IMG/VR virus record: IMGVR_UViG_3300048927_000531
Origin: an uncultured virus (IMG/VR IMGVR_UViG_3300048927_000531)
Lineage: Duplodnaviria; Heunggongvirae; Uroviricota; Caudoviricetes
Reading direction: 5' to 3' (one strand)
DNA length: 20,000 bases
Below the pieces are notes generated by a model. The model saw nothing but the letters and a program-made list of their open reading frames with translations, ran no database searches and was not told the origin of the DNA. Numbering within the stretch: the first letter of the stretch is position 1; each line of letters starts with the position of its first letter. Below are positions 1 to 7,470 of this stretch, one piece after another. The position numbers and the translations under genes are program-made.

Positions 1-342
1 GTTGTAGAGCGAGCCGCTCCGGACCTCTTCCGTGCCGCCGGCGTAGCTGGGACATCTCCCCACAGTCCGACCGTCTGTGACCTGTGGCGCGCCAAACTTC
101 TCCTCAATTTGTGCGGCTACAGTTTTGACCAGTGCCTCGCTGGCGTCCAGGTTTACGTACATGCTAGTCAGCGTACCGCCATTGAACGTCAGCGTTGCTT
201 TGAGAGGGCCGTCGCTCCAAGGGGTCTGAATCTTCGTATCAAACCGCTCTTCCCCGGGCTTCAACTCCACCGGCCTGCCACCCGGGCTTTGGTATGGCCC
301 AAGAGGAGCGGCCAGATGAATGCCACTTTCAGGATTCGACAA
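1..342 (-). CDS. Hypothetical protein running off the left edge; start uncertain, possibly 5'-truncated
   Basis: Manual translation shows the frame is open from just after the capW stop to base 1 (...RFDTKIQTPWSDGPLKATLTFNGGTLTSMYVNLDASEALVKTVAAQIEEKFGAP...SLYN). Candidate starts are TTG 342 and GTG 270. It is not in the ORF track because there is no stop in the window. Confidence 0.5.
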   Translation of the reverse strand, partial: MSNPESGIHLAAPLGPYQSPGGRPVELKPGEERFDTKIQTPWSDGPLKATLTFNGGTLTSMYVNLDASEALVKTVAAQIEEKFGAPQVTDGRTVGRCPSYAGGTEEVRSGSLYN

Positions 343-423
343 AGAGTACTGAGGCCACTGCCCGGAACCCTTGCAGCAAAAAGAGCCTAAGAGCCCAACT
401 GCGTGCGCTCGCCGCGCATCACT

Positions 424-1341
424 TCACCTCCCCAGCGGCAGAAGCCGCTCGACCTCGTCCCGATTCCTTAGAACGATCTGCTGCCTGGTCGCTGGACGAG
501 CATAGTCCTCTTCTGCCAGTCCCAACTGCTGCAGAACATAGAAGAGCAGCGATTGCCGACACGTTAGTACGCACTCTCCGTCCGTCATCCCATAGTCGAG
601 CTCGATCACTGCGCGGTGGGCCGCTTCCAGACCAGGGTGAGGGGCCAGAACCAACTGAACCATGGTCGACCACGCTACGTCCTCCTCTCCCCTGCTGCGA
701 TCTACCTCTCTTCCCGATACTTCTAGAATTCGAGACAGCAAGAAGTCCCGAAACTCGCCTTTCTGGTGGCAGTAGGCCCGCATGTGCCACCGATACCCAT
801 CACTGGCGAGCGCGTGAGGCGTCAATAGACGTCCGGATGGGGCGGGGTTCGAAAGAGACTGGTAGCGCACGTCGAGCGCCCGATTCTCCCTAATTGCCTC
901 AACGACACAGATGACAACAGGCGCATCCAGGCGCCGCCAAGGCCTCGGCACGACTGCGACTGGCGGATGACCACCAAGAAAACTGCCGTAAGGAACGTCT
1001 GGGCTCACAGCCACCCTGAGCAGATCCTCGAGGTAGCGGACGTGGGAGCTAGAAGGAAAAACCGCATCAAACGCCGCGGACGTCCGGTAGACCCTGTCGC
1101 TAGAGTCGTACTCCAGGTTGCCCGGGGCACGGCGCTGATACTCTGCCAGGTCGAGCGATGCCTGGGGCGTAGAAATCCCGAAGAACCCGGTGAGGTCGCT
1201 CCTATTCAGCTGCCCTCCCCACCTAAGTCTGTAGTCGATGAACTCCAGCCGACGCTCCTGGCCCCAGCGAGAGCCGGACCTAGCGCCGATCGCGGGAAGC
1301 TTGGGATGCGTTTCTTGGACGTTGCTCATGTGGATCACCAT
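424..1341 (-). CDS. capW: CBASS-associated WYL-domain transcriptional repressor CapW
   Basis: N-terminal winged HTH (RLEFIDYRLRWGGQLNRSDLTGFFGISTPQASLDLAEY), WYL domain (RWHMRAYC...FRDFLLSRI) and a WCX-like C-terminus. It is divergent from a CD-NTase operon. An alternative ATG lies at 1329. Confidence 0.92.
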   Translation of the reverse strand: MVIHMSNVQETHPKLPAIGARSGSRWGQERRLEFIDYRLRWGGQLNRSDLTGFFGISTPQASLDLAEYQRRAPGNLEYDSSDRVYRTSAAFDAVFPSSSHVRYLEDLLRVAVSPDVPYGSFLGGHPPVAVVPRPWRRLDAPVVICVVEAIRENRALDVRYQSLSNPAPSGRLLTPHALASDGYRWHMRAYCHQKGEFRDFLLSRILEVSGREVDRSRGEEDVAWSTMVQLVLAPHPGLEAAHRAVIELDYGMTDGECVLTCRQSLLFYVLQQLGLAEEDYARPATRQQIVLRNRDEVERLLPLGR

Positions 1342-1353
1342 GTCCGGATAAAT

Positions 1354-1384
1354 ACTAGACGCGCATGGTATATATGCGTATAGT
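1354..1384 (+). promoter_or_regulatory. Putative CBASS sigma70 promoter overlapped by a palindromic CapW operator
   Basis: TAGACG (1356-1361), a 17 bp spacer, then TATAGT (1379-1384). The inverted repeat ACTAGACGC (1354-1362)/GCGTATAGT (1376-1384) matches at 8/9, and an inner CGCAT/ATGCG pair is nested within it. Confidence 0.7.
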
Positions 1385-1556
1385 TATGCTACGTGAAGAG
1401 GCCGTGACGTGCAATTCGGCCTCCGATTCGTCTACGCCGTGCCCGAAATGCAAACAACAGAAGAACTTTTGTGAACCATGGATCTGGTGTACGAAGTCGC
1501 TCTTTTTTGCGCCGACCGAGATGCCGGACTTCATATAGCTATGGAGTAGTAGCCGC

Positions 1557-2507
1557 ATGCCGCTTACCAACACCCAGCTTCTCTACTATGACAGCAACGT
1601 GCTGCGCCTTCCGGCGGACAAGCGCACGGAGTACCACCAGCAGGTTGATCGTCTGATCGCCGCCTTGAGCAAGCGGGTGCACGAGCAGACGGAGATCAAG
1701 ATCACGAAAGTCGTGAAGGCTGGCTCATTCGCCAAGTACACGATCCTGCGTAAGACGTCAGAAGATCCAGTGGACGTAGACGTGGTGTTCTACATCTCCG
1801 GCCGTTCAGTGGACCAAGAAACCCTGAGCAGCCTGAGCGAGCTGATCTACAAGGCACTTGTAGAGCTCTATCCAAACAAGTCCGTCGAAGACTTTGAGAT
1901 TCAGCGCAAGGCCGCCACCGTAACGTTCATTGGTTCGGGCCTAAGCGTCGACATCGTTCCAGTCATCGAGGACTCGTCGAAACCTGGCTTTGGGTGGCAG
2001 TTCGACATCCATGATGGGACAAAGATTCAAACCTGCGCTCCCTGCCAAATAAAATTTGTCAGGGACCGGAAGGACGTCGACAAAGACTTCCGAACCTTGG
2101 TTCGACTGGCGAAGAAGTGGCGCAACCATGCTTACATCAAACCGCTCAAATCGTTTGCCATCGAACTGATCATGGCTCACGTCCTGGCAAAGTACGGCAA
2201 GAATGGAACGATTGAGAAGCGCTTTAGGGACTTCCTGCTCTACATTGCACAGTCAGGGCTTAAGGAGAAGATCTCCTTTCCCGAGAACGGCTCCGTTGTT
2301 CCCACCTTCGAACATCCCGTAGTCATCCTTGATCCGGTGTGCAGCAGCAACAACGTCGCGAGCAGGATATCCGAAGCCGAACGCCAAGCAATTGTCGACG
2401 CGGCAAGCGAAGCATGGGAAACCGCAAACTTCGCGTCTGCGGAGAACGACACTGAGATTTGGAAAGAAATTTTTGGACCTCGATTCAAGGTGGAGGACGA
2501 CGCGTGA
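1557..2507 (+). CDS. cdnC: CBASS cyclic oligonucleotide synthase (CD-NTase, CdnC-like)
   Basis: Pol-beta NTase motifs AGSFAK...DVDVVF...VDIVP and a C-terminal ILDPV...NNV. It is followed by HORMA and TRIP13 genes. RBS GGAG lies upstream. Confidence 0.95.
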   Translation: MPLTNTQLLYYDSNVLRLPADKRTEYHQQVDRLIAALSKRVHEQTEIKITKVVKAGSFAKYTILRKTSEDPVDVDVVFYISGRSVDQETLSSLSELIYKALVELYPNKSVEDFEIQRKAATVTFIGSGLSVDIVPVIEDSSKPGFGWQFDIHDGTKIQTCAPCQIKFVRDRKDVDKDFRTLVRLAKKWRNHAYIKPLKSFAIELIMAHVLAKYGKNGTIEKRFRDFLLYIAQSGLKEKISFPENGSVVPTFEHPVVILDPVCSSNNVASRISEAERQAIVDAASEAWETANFASAENDTEIWKEIFGPRFKVEDDA

Positions 2508-2998
2508 GTCAGACCAGCACTTCTACTAATACCTACTCTGTCGCCGACATCGAGGCAGTGATGCGTCGAGTAACGGCAGACTTGGTCATGATCGCCTCGA
2601 GCACGGGTGCCATTACGGAAGCAAAGGCTCGCAACTGGGCACACGACATGGAGCTCTTGGCCAGCAAGGGCTACTTGCGCATGGCTGACCTGACCCTGCT
2701 AAGCGGCGGTATCGAGCAAATGGCGACGCGCTTTACTGTCGAAGCGGAGTCTGGAAGCCTCAAGATGAACCGTCCTGGCGGGCTCATGTGGCCGAAGGTG
2801 CCCAATCCCGACCTGCGCATCGTGCTTTTCTACAATGAGTCTTATGACCAGGCAGCCAGAGAGAAGATGCGAGACAAGCTGAAGATCGGTTGGGTTACTT
2901 CAACCGCAGACACCAGCCATTCGTCCCTCAGCTTGAGTTCGAATCGCAGCTACTCAAGCAACTCATATGGAATGCAGCGCGAGGACTATAGCCGATGA
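2504..2998 (+). CDS. cap7: Bacterial HORMA-domain sensor Cap7
   Basis: The GTG start at 2504 overlaps the cdnC stop (GTGA), with GGAGGA upstream. Ser/Thr-rich N-terminus and a C-terminal YSSNSYGMQREDY segment typical of CBASS HORMAs. It lies between the CD-NTase and the AAA+ ATPase. Confidence 0.9.
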   Translation: MSQTSTSTNTYSVADIEAVMRRVTADLVMIASSTGAITEAKARNWAHDMELLASKGYLRMADLTLLSGGIEQMATRFTVEAESGSLKMNRPGGLMWPKVPNPDLRIVLFYNESYDQAAREKMRDKLKIGWVTSTADTSHSSLSLSSNRSYSSNSYGMQREDYSR

Positions 2999-3891
2999 GC
3001 CAGGAAAGTGTATTCGACGCAAAGATCGTCCTCCCGGACCCGAAGCTCGCCCTGCGCGAGAAGACACTGCTGGGATTCAATGATCGATACGAGAGGATCC
3101 ATGATCAGCTTCGGCTGCTTCTCAGCCTGAGCGAGCTCGATGCGTGGAGCAAGAAGCACCACAAGAGCAAGATTGCCCTGTGCGGCCTCGTATCCGAGCA
3201 GTACCCCTTGGTCATCTTCCATGGTGACGTAGGCACTGGCAAAACGGCGACCGCCGAGTGTGTCGTTAATCGCTTGGCGAAAGAATCGCGGACCGAGGAC
3301 TCGCTTCTCTTCAGACTCAGCAATCGAGTTCGTGGCGGCGGCAAGGTCGGTGAAATGGGCACTCTCCTCAACCAAGCGTTTCAAGAGGTATGTCAGTCGG
3401 CGGGCAAGGCGCGCCGAGCCTTCCTGATCATTGACGAAGGCGACTCAATCGCAGCATCGCGCTCCCAAGAGAACAGCCACCATGAAGACAAGGTGGCAGT
3501 CAACACTCTGATTCAGGGCGTCGATGATCTCCGTCGCTACGGCGGACGGGTCGTTGTGATTCTTTGCACGAACCGACTCTCTGTACTTGATGCGGCCCTG
3601 CGCCGTCGGGCCGCGGTAGTTGAAGAGTTTTCCCGTCCCACCGACAGCGAGCGCCGCCAACTTCTGACGATGGATTTGGAAGGGCTCTCACTCACGACGA
3701 AGCACATCGAGCAGCTTGTAGCCGCCACCGGGGCGCAAGGCGAACAGCCTGGCTGGACGTACTCGGATATCCGAACGCGCCTCTACCCGACTGCCATGGC
3801 TCGCGCCTTTCCCGATCGCCCACTGTCTTTCGAAGACATCCATAGCGCCGCAACTTCACTTCGGCCGTCTCCAGTCATGGAGGACCGGTAA
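2995..3891 (+). CDS. cap6: TRIP13/Pch2-like AAA+ ATPase Cap6
   Basis: Walker A GDVGTGKT, Walker B IIDEGD, sensor/Arg-finger region CTNR...LDAALRRR. ATGA overlap with cap7. Confidence 0.92.
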   Translation: MSQESVFDAKIVLPDPKLALREKTLLGFNDRYERIHDQLRLLLSLSELDAWSKKHHKSKIALCGLVSEQYPLVIFHGDVGTGKTATAECVVNRLAKESRTEDSLLFRLSNRVRGGGKVGEMGTLLNQAFQEVCQSAGKARRAFLIIDEGDSIAASRSQENSHHEDKVAVNTLIQGVDDLRRYGGRVVVILCTNRLSVLDAALRRRAAVVEEFSRPTDSERRQLLTMDLEGLSLTTKHIEQLVAATGAQGEQPGWTYSDIRTRLYPTAMARAFPDRPLSFEDIHSAATSLRPSPVMEDR

Positions 3892-5054
3892 TGGCGCACC
3901 CCTCCCTGCTTGGCCGGCGAATCCACATTGCCGGGAGTATCTCCAAGGATCCCTCCACGGCCGCTCCCCAGGAAGTGGAGCGCGCGCGACAGAGTGTCGA
4001 GCTCTTGGTCAAGGAGCTGGTGGCCCGCGGTGCAGCATTTGTGGTGCCGATCGACGCCGAGAAGCCGCGTGAAGATGGGTTGCCCATTTGCTTTGACTGG
4101 CTAGTCCTAAAGACGATCTTTAACAACTTGGCTTCGCGGCCTGCGAGTGCCACCGGCCCTCTCGTCTTTGCCGTAAAGCACCATAAGAACGAGGATCAAA
4201 TCCCGGAACAGTACGAAGATCTGTGGACTACGATACGCTCGTCGGACTTGGTGCAGATTGAGTCTGCTGCGCATTGGAACATGAATGCCAAGCGAATGGA
4301 GGCGCAGGCTCGTCATGGCGACATCCTGATCACGTTGGGTGGCGGTGAAGGCGTTCTCTTCTTGGCCAATCTTTACCATGACGCAGGAAAGCCAGTTGTT
4401 CCCCTGACGTTCAAGCTGGAATCTGCAACAACGGGCTCGCAGAAAATCTTCGATTTTGCGTCCACCAGCAATAACGCCAAGCGTCTTTTCCTAGTGGAGG
4501 GAGCCCCCAATGAGCACGGCTGGCTGAACCGCATCGAGGTCACGTCTCGCAAGGCAGTCGCCGATTGCGTCAAGGATGTGATCGGACTGGTCGAGTCGCT
4601 GGTACCTCCACGGGCTTTTGTCGTGCGGCTCCTTAACCCGAGTCACCCGGACTTCGAGAGCGTCGAGAGTTTCTTCGACAACGTCGTCCAGCCAGTAATG
4701 GAGAACGAGCTGGGCTACAGACTGACGGTGGTCGATGGCCGCCAGTCATACGACCACGCCCGTATCGACGAGGAGATTTTTGCAAAACTGCATCGCAGTA
4801 GGGTCGTTCTGGCCGACATCACCGGTGGACGTCCCAACTGCTTCATCGAACTCGGCTATGCACTCGGCCGCGGGCTGCCTACGATGTTGATGGCTAAAGA
4901 GGGGTCGGATCATCCCTTTGATATCACCACCTTGTCTGGCCATCACTGGAAGGCCACAGGAAGCACGGTAGAACGTCGGAAGGCATTTCTTGAACACTGG
5001 AGCGCCATCAGGAATCGCCCCTCCCTTGTCCCTACCGAGCCGCTGATTCCATGA
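3891..5054 (+). CDS. CBASS effector: Cap17-like N-terminal SLOG (TPALS) domain fused to a TIR/nucleoside 2-deoxyribosyltransferase-like domain
   Basis: N-terminal RIHIAGS...DILITLGGGEGV...AGKPVVPL (SLOG). From about residue 239: AFVVR...RIDEEIFAKLHRSRVVLADITGGRPNCFIELGYALG...PFD (TIR/NDT fold, candidate catalytic E320). TAATG coupling to cap6. Confidence 0.8.
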   Translation: MAHPSLLGRRIHIAGSISKDPSTAAPQEVERARQSVELLVKELVARGAAFVVPIDAEKPREDGLPICFDWLVLKTIFNNLASRPASATGPLVFAVKHHKNEDQIPEQYEDLWTTIRSSDLVQIESAAHWNMNAKRMEAQARHGDILITLGGGEGVLFLANLYHDAGKPVVPLTFKLESATTGSQKIFDFASTSNNAKRLFLVEGAPNEHGWLNRIEVTSRKAVADCVKDVIGLVESLVPPRAFVVRLLNPSHPDFESVESFFDNVVQPVMENELGYRLTVVDGRQSYDHARIDEEIFAKLHRSRVVLADITGGRPNCFIELGYALGRGLPTMLMAKEGSDHPFDITTLSGHHWKATGSTVERRKAFLEHWSAIRNRPSLVPTEPLIP

Positions 5055-5596
5055 CAAAGAACCTAGAAGTTTTCATCTCCGTTGACGTCGAAACGGCCGG
5101 CCCCATTCCGGGAGAATATGCACTGCTCTCCATTGGCGCTTGCGATGCATATCAGCCAGGACGCACCTTTTCGTGCCAACTCAAGCCCACTACTCGCAAG
5201 GCTGATCCTAAGGCGTTGGAAGTGGCCGGGCTTTCATTGGATGAGCTGGATCGGACAGGCCTTGAGCCTGAAGCTGCAATGGGGAAGTTCCGTGACTGGG
5301 TACTGGAAGTGGCTGGCGCGGAAGCCGATCCAGTCTTTGTAGGCTTCAATGCCGCGTTTGACTGGTCCTTTGTCAACTACTATTTCCACCGATACCTGTC
5401 CACTAACCCGTTCGGATTTGCCGCGCTGGACATTAAATCGCTCTACATGGGGGCAACGAATTGCAAGTGGGCAGGTACCAAGTCCAGCCAGATAGCCAAG
5501 GCGCTTCACCCTAAGCTCGAAGGGACACACGATGCCCTGGAAGATGCGCTTTACCAGGCAGAACTCTTCCGTCGAATCCGATCAGTAGAACGGTAG
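5051..5596 (+). CDS. cap18: DEDDh 3'-5' exonuclease Cap18
   Basis: ISVDVET, FNAAFDW and HDALEDALYQ motifs. ATGA overlap with the effector; last gene of the CBASS operon. Confidence 0.88.
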   Translation: MTKNLEVFISVDVETAGPIPGEYALLSIGACDAYQPGRTFSCQLKPTTRKADPKALEVAGLSLDELDRTGLEPEAAMGKFRDWVLEVAGAEADPVFVGFNAAFDWSFVNYYFHRYLSTNPFGFAALDIKSLYMGATNCKWAGTKSSQIAKALHPKLEGTHDALEDALYQAELFRRIRSVER

Positions 5597-5607
5597 CGAC
5601 AAGCCAC

Positions 5608-5655
5608 GAGGCGGAGGGGCCCTCCGCCCGCTTGATCAATCATCGCCTCCGCCTC
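5608..5655. terminator. GC-rich hairpin(s) between convergent genes; possible terminator
   Basis: GGCGGAGG (5610-5617) pairs with CCTCCGCC (5621-5628). Alternatively, 5608-5617 pairs with CCTCCGCCTC (5646-5655). There is no clear U-tract. Confidence 0.4.
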
Positions 5656-5697
5656 TCCTAGACATTTCGCCTCTACCGCCAAGTGTACTGAACAGAT

Positions 5698-6495
5698 TCA
5701 GTTGAGCTCAGCCAGGCGAGCACGGTAGGCATCACCAACGCACGAGCTGTCCTCGCACGCATCGCGCACTTCCCGTCTCCAGTGGCCTTGGTCCGCGCTC
5801 ATAGAGCCGGGGTCGGCGGAACCTGCCCGCGCCGCCTTGAAGGCATCTGCTGTCGCGCTATCCAGGCGAGCCAGCTCAGTGTCCGCGCAGATCATTTGCT
5901 CCACGGACGATGATGCTTTGGAGCAGTCGAAGCTAGGGTTAGGAGCATCTGCTGAGCTCGCAGGTTCCATCGGCTCAGCCTCCCTGTACTCGTCTGCCTT
6001 CACCGACGCTTGGTCTTCAACCTCGTCCTGGGCAGCAGGCACGGGGCCATTAGCAAGCGGAGTGGCCTCAGGCGCCTTCACCCCGCTTCCAAGGTTTGAG
6101 CTGATAGCTGCACCTATGCCGATGAGATCACCAGGAAGCACGCGAACTTCCGCCAAATGGTCCCCGTCGACGACTTGAGAGGTGTACTCGAGCCGAAGTT
6201 TGTAGACGTCCTGGGCACCATTGTTGAACGGAGCAACCAGATTCGCCTCGCAGCTGTAGCGGCTGATTGCCTCGTCAAAGCTGGTGGGGTGCGCCAAGGA
6301 AATGTCCAGTACCTCTCGCAGTGCTTTTGCGTCCAGGGAGGCTGCGGAACTGCCCGCGCCCAGCTCCCGCTGGATTATGCTTCTGATCAAATCCAACGTA
6401 CTTTGATCACCGCAAGCCGGAGGCTTGCTCGTGCCGCAACCGGTCAGCACCAGTGGTATCAACGCCACACTAAAACCAACGATCTTTCTCGACAT
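5698..6495 (-). CDS. Lipoprotein with C-terminal LprI/DUF1311-like cysteine-containing domain
   Basis: Signal peptide and lipobox MSRKIVGFSVALIPLVLTG-C, an Ala/Pro/Glu linker, and C-terminal PSFDCSKASSSVEQMICADTELARLD...QGHW...RDAC...C...AY..R. Confidence 0.8.
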   Translation of the reverse strand: MSRKIVGFSVALIPLVLTGCGTSKPPACGDQSTLDLIRSIIQRELGAGSSAASLDAKALREVLDISLAHPTSFDEAISRYSCEANLVAPFNNGAQDVYKLRLEYTSQVVDGDHLAEVRVLPGDLIGIGAAISSNLGSGVKAPEATPLANGPVPAAQDEVEDQASVKADEYREAEPMEPASSADAPNPSFDCSKASSSVEQMICADTELARLDSATADAFKAARAGSADPGSMSADQGHWRREVRDACEDSSCVGDAYRARLAELN

Positions 6496-6668
6496 CCTGT
6501 CCTCGCGCATCCTGGCTGGAATCACTCGATGCTCTATCGGCTTGATGCGTCGTTTCTTTAGCCTTCAGAGCATGCAAGCCCCCAGGGGGCCGATCGGGGC
6601 ACTATGCGCCGCCACTTAAGCCTTAAGGCTGGGCCAGAAATACAGGAAAGATCCGCGAAGCGATCGAA

Positions 6669-6881
6669 GTGAACGCCACTTCGACCCCTCCCAAACGAGC
6701 CAAGGCCGCAAAGGCAGAGAAGCAAGACCTGAAGCCCCTGTTCTGGCTGCCCTTCAGCGGTGAGACGCGGTCTGGCCGAGGGCGCGCCCCCGAAGCCTTC
6801 CTTGCTTGGGAGGGAACCGTCGCCCATAACGAGTGGAAGAAGCGACAACCCGACGAGCGATTTCCCTCACACCCGAGCTGA
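6669..6881 (+). CDS. Small H-NS-family DNA-binding-domain protein lacking the oligomerisation domain
   Basis: PLFWLPFSGETRSGRGRAP resembles the H-NS C-terminal PKY..P..GETWSGRGR.P motif, preceded by a basic Lys/Ala N-terminus. Confidence 0.6.
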   Translation: MNATSTPPKRAKAAKAEKQDLKPLFWLPFSGETRSGRGRAPEAFLAWEGTVAHNEWKKRQPDERFPSHPS

Positions 6882-7152
6882 CTTCATTGCGCAAGGACCT
6901 TAGCTGGCCTGCTTAGCTACGCTAGGGCGTAGCTGAACTTTTTCGACCTCCCGGTTCACCGACAGTTACGCTGTCGACACATCTTAGGCAGACCGCAAGG
7001 TGCCGCCCTGCCCCCTGTCATAAAGAGGCTTCAGATACTTGAAGAGGTGGTATTGCCCCCAGGCGCCGAGCTACGCCTGATTCGAGCCGCGGCGTGGAAC
7101 TCCACTCAAACCGCAACTTCCCCACCGAACAGCCATTTCAAACTAACAAAGA

Positions 7153-7186
7153 GTACCGAAAATAACCCAACATTTATCTTTGGTAC
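7153..7186. repeat. 13-8-13 imperfect inverted repeat (candidate recombinase site or operator)
   Basis: GTACCGAAAATAA-CCCAACAT-TTATCTTTGGTAC; the arms match at 11/13. Confidence 0.55.
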
Positions 7187-7199
7187 AGCAAAATATGCC

Positions 7200-7221
7200 A
7201 ACAAAATTTCTCTATTTTGTT
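7200..7221. repeat. Perfect 8-6-8 inverted repeat
   Basis: AACAAAAT-TTCTCT-ATTTTGTT in the AT-rich region upstream of the integrase. Confidence 0.5.
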
Positions 7222-7470
7222 AGGGAAATCATTATTGAACAGTATAGGCGATCTCCAAAATTTGGCCAGCCCGCGGATAATGAATCTACTTAAATATAGA
7301 GTCGCAGGCCGCTTTTACACATAAAAAAATGGAGAGCCCTTCGTCCATCGCAGCGTCGCATCCGCCAATCCTAAAGGTGTTATTCCACGCAGGGGCCCAC
7401 AGGCCATCACGCATTGACTTGACAAATAGCTTCCGTATCAAGCTTACATATACCAGCGGAAGCAACGAAA

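Noticed and set aside
294..1383. Plus-strand ORFs 294-893 and 967-1383
   Set aside because: Antisense shadows of capW with no motifs.
2459..2503. Longer start for the HORMA gene
   Set aside because: GTG 2504 has a GGAGGA RBS and the coupled GTGA overlap.
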